NCBI GenBank assembly: GCA_048886685.1
Contig: JBHLKM010000013.1
Span: 32,001-96,000 of the forward strand
Direction of reading: 5' to 3'
Origin: Candidatus Hodarchaeota archaeon
Lineage (GTDB): Archaea > Asgardarchaeota > Lokiarchaeia > Sigyniarchaeales > SOKP01
DNA: 64,000 nucleotides
The position numbers and the translations under genes were made by a program. The notes beneath the pieces were generated by a model, which worked only from the letters and a program-made list of their open reading frames with translations, had not been told where the DNA came from and searched no databases. Positions 1-9,895 of the stretch are shown one piece after another; position 1 is the first letter of the stretch; each line of letters begins with the position of its first letter.

Positions 1-35
1 AGATTAAAAAAATAAACACTATTTAGGTTTGGGGG

Positions 36-1043
36 CTATTTCTCTCTCCATTGAATCCCACAATTACCGCAGAGGTATTTTTTTCCATAAACTCTGGGGT
101 AGTCTAAAATCACATTTGATTTATCAACACTCTCATGAATCATGTGGGGATCATCGTTTTCACACTCTGGACATCTTCTACGCCCTTCCATTTTCTCAAC
201 GGTTAAAATCGAAGTGTCTGTTCTTCCAGGAATTCCTGGAGCTGCAGCAGAGGCTCTTACTTCTGAAATATCCGCTTTCACATCTGCTGGAGTTACTTCT
301 CTGACTTCTGATTTAAATTCTGGTTGGATTGCTGCGGCAATTCTATCATCTTCATCAATCCCTTCTAACACCGATTCAGCTTTTAATTGTACAGCATCAG
401 ATTCTTTATAATCTTCCCCTCTATCAATAGCAGCAAGAAAGTCAGCATCATTACCTTCTTCAAAGATTGTTTCTTGTTGTAATCCGGCTCTATCAGCGTC
501 TATTGATCGCGCCCATTGACCCGCTCTAACTTTTTCTGTCGTAGTACATGATTTTCCCTGCCAGATATATACTTTATTTCCTAAATCAGCAACAAAACAA
601 TCTTCTGATTCAAGTGAATCTTTAGAAAAGGGTACCTGAATCATTTTCATAGCATTTATATCTTCGAATTCTTCCGACGAAACTCGATAAAGAATATTTT
701 TCCATTCGTGAAATTGTGCAAAATCGCCAGTAGTTACATCCTTAAGTAAAGTTTTAGCATAATTTTTCTCTACAATCTTCATAGCACCCATAGTGGCAAT
801 TAATGCTAGAAAATCTTTTGTTTCAAAACCTTGATCTACAGTAATTATTTTTGCAGCTCCACCACGTTGTTGGTCTAATGTTCTTGCTTGAGCAGCTCCA
901 GCAGTTTTTTCATCTACCGAGCATTTATTTCCAATCCATACGAATATTGTTTTTTCTGCGTCGACGAGGTAAACGTCCCCGCTGGAAAAGATGGGTTTAT
1001 TGATTTCTTTTAATTGACCTTGATCAACTAGGAAAAGTTTCAT
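36..1043 (-). CDS. Two-domain gelsolin/villin-like actin regulator with C-terminal Zn ribbon
   Basis: Two gelsolin repeats (FSSGDVYLVD..IFVWIG; LESEDCFVADLGNKVYIWQG), acidic linker, C-terminal CPEC...CGNC. Confidence 0.9.
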   Translation of the reverse strand: MKLFLVDQGQLKEINKPIFSSGDVYLVDAEKTIFVWIGNKCSVDEKTAGAAQARTLDQQRGGAAKIITVDQGFETKDFLALIATMGAMKIVEKNYAKTLLKDVTTGDFAQFHEWKNILYRVSSEEFEDINAMKMIQVPFSKDSLESEDCFVADLGNKVYIWQGKSCTTTEKVRAGQWARSIDADRAGLQQETIFEEGNDADFLAAIDRGEDYKESDAVQLKAESVLEGIDEDDRIAAAIQPEFKSEVREVTPADVKADISEVRASAAAPGIPGRTDTSILTVEKMEGRRRCPECENDDPHMIHESVDKSNVILDYPRVYGKKYLCGNCGIQWREK

Positions 1044-1139
1044 ATAAAATTCTCACTATTTTTTTTTTTTAAAATTTTCTTTAAATGCATTATAAAACTA
1101 GGCTTATAAAAATTTGTGTGAAAAAATACTCTCCTTAAA

Positions 1140-2531
1140 TTAAAAATCATCTAGAGCGAGATTTATTCTTCTTACCAATTCAGGTATATCATTAAGATCT
1201 ATTGAACAATATGCAATTCGAATCCCATTTATGTTTTCTTCTGGTTTTTCGATAGGAATTATTCCCACTTTATATTTACGTAGTAACTGGTCACCAAAGT
1301 GATTTGCCTTTATTTTATTCGGATTTAAATTTAAAAATAGGAAAAATCCTCCCGAATTTGGATCAATTGAAATATTAGGATTATTGATCTTACTAAGTTC
1401 AGAATTTATTTTCTCATATCGTTTTTTAAGTAAGTCATTTACTTTCTTCCGTGAGGAAAGAAATTGTTCGATTCCTTTTTCTTTAAATAGTTTTTGAGTA
1501 ATAGCTTGATAAAAGTGGTTACAATTAGATATTGTTGCACGATTGAATCCTTCTAATTTGTTATGAATTTCAGTCTTAAGAATCTCCAGTTCCTCCTCAC
1601 TTTTAACCCAACTTGGCTTTAACCCAAAAGTTATAAATCCAATCCTTCCTCCATATATTAAAAGCTCTTTAGTAATTCCATCAAGTTTTATTGGGATGAC
1701 ATTCTCATCTAATTCAAGTAAATCATAGAATATTGACCTATTTGAAGCATCCTCTTCATAAACATAAGGTTCATATGCATCATCTACTATTACAATTATT
1801 GGTTTTTTCAGGGTTTTTTGCTTTTTCTGCAAAAGTGATATAATTTCATCAACTTCTTTTTTAAGAGGGACGTATCCTGTAGGATTATTTGGAAAATTTA
1901 AAATAAGGATAATCTTTTCCTGGATTTGTACAACTTCATCAATAGCTAATTCTAAGCTTTCCAAGTTAAAATTTTGATCCTTAAAAAATTCAAAAGATTT
2001 AATCTTAGCACCAATAAATTTCTCAATTATGTTGTCATAATTGCCCCATCTCTTATTAGGGGCAATAATAGTTTCACCAGAGTTTAGAAATAATGAACAA
2101 CTATGGTAAATTCCATTAGTGACTCCAGCAGTAATAATTGGTGTTGTAATATAATTCTCTAATCTTAATAATAAATGTTTTTCCTTTTCTTTATCATAAT
2201 TTGCCTTTCTTAAGATCCAGTTTTTCCAAATTTCTCTTGTTTCATTTAAGCCTCCAATAGACGCATACGGGACAATTTGCTCAACATTTAAGCTAGTGTA
2301 TTCTGATATTTCTTTAAGATAACATGGCAACCAATCAGAACTTCCCCCTTCAATGAAATCTTTTTCATATCCAAAGGCGGATCCTATAGTTCCTATTAAT
2401 TCTGCTTCCTTTTTTGCTCGTCCAGACCAAAAGAAAATTCCCTGTGGTAAAAAAAGTCTTCTGCCTAATTTTGAATACGCATTATAAAGTGGAGTTTTCT
2501 TAAGAATAGTAAATTCCATATTTTTTCTCAT
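1140..2531 (-). CDS. PLP-dependent aminotransferase class I/II
   Basis: NFPNNPTGY, VDDAY, ITKE..YGGRIG motifs. Confidence 0.9.
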   Translation of the reverse strand: MRKNMEFTILKKTPLYNAYSKLGRRLFLPQGIFFWSGRAKKEAELIGTIGSAFGYEKDFIEGGSSDWLPCYLKEISEYTSLNVEQIVPYASIGGLNETREIWKNWILRKANYDKEKEKHLLLRLENYITTPIITAGVTNGIYHSCSLFLNSGETIIAPNKRWGNYDNIIEKFIGAKIKSFEFFKDQNFNLESLELAIDEVVQIQEKIILILNFPNNPTGYVPLKKEVDEIISLLQKKQKTLKKPIIVIVDDAYEPYVYEEDASNRSIFYDLLELDENVIPIKLDGITKELLIYGGRIGFITFGLKPSWVKSEEELEILKTEIHNKLEGFNRATISNCNHFYQAITQKLFKEKGIEQFLSSRKKVNDLLKKRYEKINSELSKINNPNISIDPNSGGFFLFLNLNPNKIKANHFGDQLLRKYKVGIIPIEKPEENINGIRIAYCSIDLNDIPELVRRINLALDDF

Positions 2532-2633
2532 CCCGTATTGAAATTCATTCTAATCTTATACTATTAATAAATAATGTATATTAATGAAATTTATTTAGTG
2601 AATTTAAATAAAAATAAATATTAAAGAAGAAAT

Positions 2634-3104
2634 ATGAATGAGGAAAATAATTTAGGAGAGTCTGAACAAAAAGAAACAGATGAAAAGCCATTTCGAAAGG
2701 GTTGGAATAACCTAATTGAAGGGTTTAAAGGAGGATTTGAAAAATTACAGCACTCATTAGAAGAACAATCGAAGAAAAACAAGGAATTGTGGGAAGAAAA
2801 TAAAGAAAAGTTTACTAAATTCTTTAAAGATGCCAAACAAGAATGGGATAATAAAGTAGAAAAATGGAAATCTAATATGGAACAAAAGCAAATAGAATCA
2901 AAAGAACAGTGGGACGCTTATAAAAATAAGATTAGTCAAGATTTTAAAAATTGGCAGGAAAAAACAAAACAAGATTGGCAGGATGGCGTTAAAGCCTTTA
3001 GAAAGGGATTTTTCAAAGCTTATTTTTGGTTTTTGCTTTTAACTATTCCGATTCTTATTATAGTTATAGTTATATTGTATGTGGTAAATAGATTAATCGG
3101 TTAA
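2634..3104 (+). CDS. Amphipathic helical protein with C-terminal TM anchor
   Basis: Periodic W/F in a K/E/Q-rich helix; hydrophobic C-terminus. Confidence 0.7.
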   Translation: MNEENNLGESEQKETDEKPFRKGWNNLIEGFKGGFEKLQHSLEEQSKKNKELWEENKEKFTKFFKDAKQEWDNKVEKWKSNMEQKQIESKEQWDAYKNKISQDFKNWQEKTKQDWQDGVKAFRKGFFKAYFWFLLLTIPILIIVIVILYVVNRLIG

Positions 3105-3135
3105 AGAATTCACAGTTTCTTATTTATCTTAAAAA

Positions 3136-3795
3136 ATGATTGAAATTTTTCTAATTTCTTTTGTGGTTGGGATTTCAGGAGCGGTAACCCCTGGACCAGT
3201 TTTAACATTTACAATATACAAATCCATTAAAGAAAAAAAAGGATATCTTGCAGGATTCTTCATAGTTTTAGGTCATCTTGTTTTAGAATTAGCTTTATTG
3301 ATTACTCTATTAATAGGAGCATCCTTGCTTTTTCAAAATTTGATCTTTCTAATAATATTAGGAATAGTCGGGGGGAGTTGCTTAATAACATTTGGTATCT
3401 TAACCATAAGGGATGTATATAATCGGCGTTATGAAATTAAAATTGATTTAGACAATCAAGATGTAAATAATTTTAGAGGTAATAGTTTTATTGGGGGGAT
3501 TTTCTATTCTGTTACTAATCCATATTGGGAATTTTGGTGGGCCACTGCAGGTATCAAAATAATGTATGATTTAAATGTGTCGCTTAGTCAACCATTAGGT
3601 TTTTTATTATTCTTTTTGGGACATGAATTATCAGATTTCGTTTGGTATGTGCCCATTTCTATTGGCCTCTTTTTAGGGGGGAAAGCTCTAAATCCTAACA
3701 TTTATAAGTATGTTCTAATAACGTGTGGTGCTTTTATGATAATTTTCGGAATATATTTATCTTTTAACACAGTCCTATTTCCTCCTAGTGTATGA
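3136..3795 (+). CDS. LysE-family transporter
   Basis: TPGP motif, NPYW..WW, multiple TM helices. Confidence 0.85.
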   Translation: MIEIFLISFVVGISGAVTPGPVLTFTIYKSIKEKKGYLAGFFIVLGHLVLELALLITLLIGASLLFQNLIFLIILGIVGGSCLITFGILTIRDVYNRRYEIKIDLDNQDVNNFRGNSFIGGIFYSVTNPYWEFWWATAGIKIMYDLNVSLSQPLGFLLFFLGHELSDFVWYVPISIGLFLGGKALNPNIYKYVLITCGAFMIIFGIYLSFNTVLFPPSV

Positions 3796-3888
3796 TCTAG
3801 ATGTTATTCATATATTTTAGAACTTTTTAACGATTAATTCTCAGCAATCAGATTCTCAATTTAAATAAGGTTTGTTTTTCTGGTCAAT

Positions 3889-4164
3889 ATGGAAGAAAAT
3901 CTAGCAGATAATGAATTTCGCAAATTTCTCATAAGAAAACTATTAACTGTATGTCCAATATGTCAAAAAAAAATCTACGGTAAAGATATTGACATATTAA
4001 ATATCGATACTTCTAAAATAAATCATTGGCCATTAAGATATGTTTATTGCCATGCAAGTAATAATGTACCCTTACATGCCTTAACTCTTTATCTTGACTC
4101 TGGTTTTTCCGTTAGGGGAAATGATGTGTCAAATTTTATCAAAATTGAATATCAGGAAAAGTAG
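3889..4164 (+). CDS. Small putative Zn-binding protein
   Basis: CPIC plus two His (YCH..PLHA). Confidence 0.65.
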   Translation: MEENLADNEFRKFLIRKLLTVCPICQKKIYGKDIDILNIDTSKINHWPLRYVYCHASNNVPLHALTLYLDSGFSVRGNDVSNFIKIEYQEK

Positions 4165-4360
4165 CTTAATACTTCTCTAATTCTTGATCTTCTTGCCCCT
4201 TATATAAATCTGAATGCTTCTCAATGCCCAAATCTAATCAGAATTAGAAATTTTTTTTTATATAAATATAAGGAATTGTAGTTACAATTGCTAAAGTCTT
4301 ACGAAAGATCAATAATAGTTTATGGACGAATATACTTTAAATTATTTCACAAATACGATA

Positions 4361-6418
4361 TTATAGCTCTTGATCTTCTTGTCTTTCATATAATTCTGAA
4401 TGAGGTTCAAGGAAATGATTTTGACACATCGGGCAAGTATTATACTTAGATACCCACCAAACTATGCATAAGTAATGATATGTACTACCACAGAAAGGAC
4501 ATGTTATCACTTTATCTTTAACAAAATCAATAAATTTGTGGCAAACCGTGCATTGTACTTCTGAAGCTGAGATTCCTTTGCTCAATTTTACTCGATTCGC
4601 TAAAATCGTTTCTAATTTTGATAATTCTACCTGATAGAGTCCAAGAGAGTTATTTAAATGACTAATTTTTGAATTTATTTCAGCGATTCTTTCTCTCAAT
4701 TCATTCTCAGTTAACTTTTCAGCAAGGAACGCTGATAATGCAAAATTTAGCGGTAGTTCTTCAAAATTTTCAGTTTGTTCAGAGATTTCAGTGATGGTTG
4801 CAAATAAAAATCCTTCTTTATCAAGTAATTCCTTAAAGCTTTTAAATAGCTTATTTATCAGAAGAGATATAAGAAAGGTTAATTGCTGTCTTTTACGATT
4901 AAAATTTTCTTCCCATAATTTTATTATTTGATAAATATCAATATCTTGACTCTTTTTAGAATCAAGCATTTTATATACTTCATCTTTAATATTTTGAATT
5001 TTTGCTGTATATCGGACCAGAATCTCCCTAATCTGTTTTAATTGAGGAAATTCTTCTTTAATTATTAATGATGTTTCATCTTCATATGATATGATTAGTT
5101 CATTAAGTTCTGAGATTTTTCCCTTGATGAATTTTCTAATATTTACTCTAACTTCTTCATCTTTGACAGTTTGAATGAAGGATAAATATTCATTTTTTCT
5201 ACGATATATTTCAGATGATACATTTCCAAAGATCTTCCTATATGATTCTGTTATATTATCATATGGAATAAGAAAATTTTCTAACATTAGAACCCAATCT
5301 TCGACTTCTTGTATCTTTGAATAAAATCTATCTATTTTTGTATAATAAAAGTTTGCAATCTTCTCGAATTCTTCGGTTTCAGTGTCATCATGGATCTTCT
5401 CTTGGAATTTCTTTTCTAGTCCTAAAATATAGTAATCCACAATTTTCGGTAGGAATATCCTAATTTTCTGGTCTTTTAATGTTTTGAGTTCAATATCTAC
5501 ATTTTTATCCTTTAAATCAAATTCCTCAATTTCTACAACAATATCATGAAATTTTTCCAAAATTAACTCTTTAAGAAGGGGTTTTACAAATTGTTTGAGA
5601 TTTTGAATAATTTCTTTCCTTTCAAGGATGTTTATAAATTCGTCCCCTTGATATTCTTCAATGATCCTATTAAAATTTAGGAGATACGTTAAATCAAAAT
5701 ATAGATTGACCTTTTTTTCATTTTTAGATAAAAAAAATTGATAAAGCTCATCAAAATGAAATGTTAATATAAATTCTTCCTTATCTTTTTTCCGTTTTTT
5801 AATAAATGCTTCATTTAAACTTTTAATAAAAGTGTATACCTCTTTAATCTCATCCCAATCTCCCAATACTGCTGGGATTTCATTTAATTTGAAGTTTAGA
5901 TTTTTATTTTTATTTATTTCAACCCATAAATGTAGTTGATCGTCATAAAGTTTCTGAGTTTCTTTTAATGCAGTTATTATCTTAGACGCAATATCATTAC
6001 TTTGGCGAAGTAGATCGAGTATATTTGATATTGTATTGTTTAAAATTACATTACCATTTTTTATTAAACGTTTTATGTTCGAACAATTTGAATTAAAATT
6101 TTGTAAATTGTTAATTATTTGATTTAATTCCGTTAGAATCCCAGATTTTAAATGATAATAATATTTATTATTAAGTTCTGTTTCAGAATTGATTATATAC
6201 GTATTCAAGAAAGTGGTTATTTCATCTAAATATTTAGAATATGAATCCAATATTGTGGATGATAAATTTAACTTTGTTTCTATGAATTGAGTAATTTCTG
6301 ACTCTTCAACCTTCTCTGCTTTGAACTTTGTTAATATGTCTTTAATCTCAAGAATTTCTTCCTTGGTAAAGATCATTACTTCTGTAGTATCATGGAAAGT
6401 GTTATTAATTAAATTCAT
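4361..6418 (-). CDS. Long helical/coiled-coil protein with C-terminal RING-variant finger (candidate E3)
   Basis: CTVC-x13-CPFC-x4-H-x2-C-x2-WW...CPMC at the C-terminus. Confidence 0.75.
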   Translation of the reverse strand: MNLINNTFHDTTEVMIFTKEEILEIKDILTKFKAEKVEESEITQFIETKLNLSSTILDSYSKYLDEITTFLNTYIINSETELNNKYYYHLKSGILTELNQIINNLQNFNSNCSNIKRLIKNGNVILNNTISNILDLLRQSNDIASKIITALKETQKLYDDQLHLWVEINKNKNLNFKLNEIPAVLGDWDEIKEVYTFIKSLNEAFIKKRKKDKEEFILTFHFDELYQFFLSKNEKKVNLYFDLTYLLNFNRIIEEYQGDEFINILERKEIIQNLKQFVKPLLKELILEKFHDIVVEIEEFDLKDKNVDIELKTLKDQKIRIFLPKIVDYYILGLEKKFQEKIHDDTETEEFEKIANFYYTKIDRFYSKIQEVEDWVLMLENFLIPYDNITESYRKIFGNVSSEIYRRKNEYLSFIQTVKDEEVRVNIRKFIKGKISELNELIISYEDETSLIIKEEFPQLKQIREILVRYTAKIQNIKDEVYKMLDSKKSQDIDIYQIIKLWEENFNRKRQQLTFLISLLINKLFKSFKELLDKEGFLFATITEISEQTENFEELPLNFALSAFLAEKLTENELRERIAEINSKISHLNNSLGLYQVELSKLETILANRVKLSKGISASEVQCTVCHKFIDFVKDKVITCPFCGSTYHYLCIVWWVSKYNTCPMCQNHFLEPHSELYERQEDQEL

Positions 6419-6533
6419 AATTATTTTCCCCGTAATATGGATTCTAATTCATAATAAAAGGAAGAAATCATGTAATAAATTATTAATGATTATTAGGCAA
6501 TATATTAAATTTTAAGAAAAAGACTTGTGAAAG

Positions 6534-7151
6534 TTATTCACCTAATTCTTTAACCTCTAAATACTTTTCTTTTGATCCATCCTTAGTTATCGTCAAAATA
6601 TCAATTCCATTACCAGACATTACATCCCGTGAAATTGAATTCCTTATTGCTTTCTCTACTAATTTTTCACCAGAAGCAACAGTCATATCAAGTTTATATT
6701 CAGCTTCTAAAATACCAATTGACAACAGCATTCCAGTTCCAGTAGTTCCATAATCATCCGGCATTAAACTCCCAATCGCGTCCAGTGTATATAATTCAGG
6801 ACCACCGATATCCATACCCGCAACAACCAAATTTGTATATAGCGGCATCATTTTCCTTGAATATAAATAATTTGATACCATTTTTCCCATGCTTCTAGTA
6901 GAAATTCTCTCCCCAGCATCTAAAAGATATAAATTAGCTTGTGCTCTTAAAATTTTCACAAGAATCTGAAAATCACCAATCAAACCATAAGCTGCCATTC
7001 CAATATATTCTGTTATTTTAAACACTTTTTTTGTGGATTTGTTTGTAACTGTATATCCCCAAGTTGCCCTTCGATCATTTCCAAGAACAACGCCATCTTT
7101 ACATTTGATAGCTACGCCACAAGCGCCAGGAACCATAATTTGCTGAGCCAT
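6534..7151 (-). CDS. psmB: Proteasome beta subunit (probably non-catalytic)
   Basis: Ntn-hydrolase motifs (DGVVLGNDRRAT, KVFKIT, RDVMSGNG); GACG where active subunits have GTTT. Confidence 0.9.
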   Translation of the reverse strand: MAQQIMVPGACGVAIKCKDGVVLGNDRRATWGYTVTNKSTKKVFKITEYIGMAAYGLIGDFQILVKILRAQANLYLLDAGERISTRSMGKMVSNYLYSRKMMPLYTNLVVAGMDIGGPELYTLDAIGSLMPDDYGTTGTGMLLSIGILEAEYKLDMTVASGEKLVEKAIRNSISRDVMSGNGIDILTITKDGSKEKYLEVKELGE

Positions 7152-7319
7152 AAAATATTCACTTATAAGTATTGAATTATTATGTTTATTTTGTTATTAT
7201 AAATAAACAGAGCTAATTAAAATTTGTGCTTTAAATTTATAAAATTTAACACTTTACACCCAAACATAATGAACTTTTATTCTTCTTCAACAGCTATTAT
7301 TTTTCATATCACAATTACT

Positions 7320-7770
7320 AATATGATCTCTAGATTGAAATCAAATTTTACTTCTAAATTCAATTATGATATAATGATTATGATCACACAAATCATCTTA
7401 TTATGTTTAGTAGGGATCGTTTGGTTTAATTAGAAATTTTTTAGTTCTCCTCTAAACCATAAAGAAATAGTGTTTATAGAAATTTTTCTCACTATTACCA
7501 TTTGAATTATTGTGTGTACAAAAAAATTACTTCATATTTTTTGAATGATTTTCCCGTATATGATCACATAATTAACAATAACCCACTTGATTGGGATTAT
7601 CATTTTTAATTAAAAATTTTTTAATTCCCCATTAAATTATAGTAAAACCAATTATAACAACCAATTAACCAACATTGGATTCCGAACCATTGTGATTCTA
7701 AAAAAATTACTTCATATTTTTTCAATGATCAACCATTGCATGATCATGGGTGATGACTCTTTAATTAAAA
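7320..7770. repeat. Degenerate tandem repeat, 180-bp period, about 2.5 copies
   Basis: 7520-7549 vs 7700-7729 identical at 29/30; TGATCA at 7381, 7561, 7741; 7411-7460 similar to 7591-7640. Confidence 0.85.
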
Positions 7771-7830
7771 CCCCAATTTTTTGTCGTGATTTTTTTTTCA
7801 TTTAACTCTTCATAATCTGCTGATTTTGTC

Positions 7831-7941
7831 AAAACATTTAAATAACTCTTCAAACATTATATTATCTAAGACACTTTAAAAATAACCAACAAAAAAATTA
7901 AAAACTTAAATTTTAAGATTTAAATCTAAAAATTTTGGAGG
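7831..7941 (+). promoter_or_regulatory. Putative TATA box and Shine-Dalgarno of the histone gene
   Basis: TTTAAATA at 7837-7844; GGAGG at 7937-7941 before ATG 7950. Confidence 0.55.
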
Positions 7942-7949
7942 AATAAAAA

Positions 7950-8168
7950 ATGGCTAAAAAGAAACATTCGTTTGCGTGGTCTCCAATCAGGAGATTAATG
8001 AAACAACAAGGTGCTAGCATTGTGGCTCGCAACGCAGTAGATTTATTGATTGATCATTTAGAGAAGACTGCCACCGCATTAACCGAACAAGCAAGAACCT
8101 TCACCATGCACGCGAACCGCAAGAAGATAACTAAGAATGATCTACTCTTATCCATCAAATATAAGTAA
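7950..8168 (+). CDS. Archaeal histone (HMf family) with short Lys-rich N-terminus
   Basis: PIRRLMK..GA..V, HANRKKI...D histone-fold signature. Confidence 0.95.
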   Translation: MAKKKHSFAWSPIRRLMKQQGASIVARNAVDLLIDHLEKTATALTEQARTFTMHANRKKITKNDLLLSIKYK

Positions 8169-8263
8169 ACAGTAAATTAATGGGTAAGATAAATTTTTAA
8201 TTTTTTTCCTTTTTTTTCCTTTTTCTTTTAATTTCTATTATATAGAGTATAATTTGTATAATC

Positions 8264-9058
8264 TCATTTAGTAGGATTTAATTTCCAAATTTTAAATGAC
8301 TCAATAATAAAAACTATTGTTCCAAAAATCAAAAAAAACAACAAAAACAAACTCAGTGGTTCTGAAATAAATTTATCACCATGGAGTAGAGCAAGGATAG
8401 AATAGACAATAAAACCCAGAATATAGATTATTAGGTATAGTGAAATTCGAGGGATCACTCGAGTTCCAATGCGTATAAAAAATTTGAGTATCCTTATTTT
8501 GACTTCTTTATTTATTGTATATTTTCCTTCCTCAGGGCTTTTTAATATAACTCCATCATTCAGTAATTTTGTTATTTGATAAGCTACTGTTCCAGATGAT
8601 GAAAAATTCAATGCTTTCTGGATTTCTCTAATTCCAGCATGGTTATGAGTATATATATACCAGTACACTTGAAGTGCTTTGCCTTCTATTGAAGTTTCTG
8701 TTATTTCGGTTTTTGCTTGCTTTATCAGTTTTATTGATTCTTCAGATTCTTGAATGATAGCCCCATAATAAGACTTAGAGAGAAAATGGATAACAAGAAT
8801 CAAAAATCCATAAAGAACAAACAAAATAATAGAGAAAAAGAGAAAAAATTCTATAACACTCTGGTTGTAATCCGTTTGACAATATTGAAATAAAGAAATA
8901 ATTGTTATTATCCCATGAAAAATAGTCAAATAATAAAAAATTCTTTTGAGATAGAACATTACAAATCTTTTAACACGTAAAATTTTAGATCTAGGCTCGA
9001 AAAATGCACTAAGTTTTTCATCTGGAATCTTAGTTTTTTTGGATGTCATAATTACCAA
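8264..9058 (-). CDS. Membrane-embedded winged-helix transcription regulator
   Basis: 2 TM - HTH (AGIREIQKALNFSSSGTVAYQITKL) - 2 TM. Confidence 0.75.
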   Translation of the reverse strand: MVIMTSKKTKIPDEKLSAFFEPRSKILRVKRFVMFYLKRIFYYLTIFHGIITIISLFQYCQTDYNQSVIEFFLFFSIILFVLYGFLILVIHFLSKSYYGAIIQESEESIKLIKQAKTEITETSIEGKALQVYWYIYTHNHAGIREIQKALNFSSSGTVAYQITKLLNDGVILKSPEEGKYTINKEVKIRILKFFIRIGTRVIPRISLYLIIYILGFIVYSILALLHGDKFISEPLSLFLLFFLIFGTIVFIIESFKIWKLNPTK

Positions 9059-9163
9059 TAATTTTCCCTAATATTGTTTATCCATTTTCAATTATTAAAT
9101 GTTATTAACGTTATTTAAATCAGAATCCAAATAAAAATGTTAAAAAAATGAAATATATTACAT

Positions 9164-9181
9164 TGTTCAGAATTCTGAACA
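9164..9181. promoter_or_regulatory. Perfect 18-bp palindrome, candidate operator
   Basis: TGTTCAGAATTCTGAACA between divergent genes. Confidence 0.7.
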
Positions 9182-9266
9182 GAAAAACATATTTAACGAT
9201 AGAATGGATACTTATTAATGAAGTAAATGTATCCAAAAAACTAGTTTCTATTATTTTTTTAAGAGA

Positions 9267-9743
9267 GTGGATATCTTAAAGACAGAAAATGGCATTTTTA
9301 ATGAGGATAGATTTAAAAATAATAGAGTAGGTAAAGTTAAACGCTTAAAAACTGGAATGATTGTAGCAATTATAGTAGGAACCTTGTTTATAGCAAGTCA
9401 AAGTCTTATGTTAGTTAATCAAAACTGGTATTATGCAGCTAAACAGAGAATATATATAGATTATAATAATGGAGAAATAGATTATGACACATATTATAAC
9501 AAACGTGAACAACTAGAGCTCAATTTCTATGATAATTTATTAACTGTCTCAATACTCAGTACTATAGCATCAGTTAGCACATCTATCACTTTTATATTCA
9601 TAATTATCTGTTTATTATCAATTGTTTTGGATGAATCATTTAATAGAAAAATGAGGAGATTGGCTTTAGGTTTAGCGGTGATAACGTTATTTTTCGTGTT
9701 GTATCCTATGTTTTTATCTCCAAATATTTATATAGAAATATAA
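9267..9743 (+). CDS. Hypothetical membrane protein (about 3 TM)
   Basis: Hydrophobic segments. Confidence 0.7.
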   Translation: MDILKTENGIFNEDRFKNNRVGKVKRLKTGMIVAIIVGTLFIASQSLMLVNQNWYYAAKQRIYIDYNNGEIDYDTYYNKREQLELNFYDNLLTVSILSTIASVSTSITFIFIIICLLSIVLDESFNRKMRRLALGLAVITLFFVLYPMFLSPNIYIEI

Positions 9744-9895
9744 GAACAATCACTGACAGATTAGATTAAATCTTTAAAAAAATTCCTCTTTTTTTCTCTT
9801 TATTTCTAAAATATTAATAAGATTTGAATTAATGACATTTTTAAGAATTACTCAAAAAATAAAATTGATAAAAAAGGATTAATGTGCAAGTTGAA

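Noticed and set aside
7224-7433. 69-aa ORF in the psmB-histone spacer
   Set aside because: TTG start, no motif, overlaps the non-coding 180-bp repeat
7320-7770. CRISPR array or replication origin reading of the repeat
   Set aside because: Only two near-identical 30-mers with 150-bp gaps that are themselves partly homologous; no cas or cdc6/orc1 gene and no ORB-like G-string
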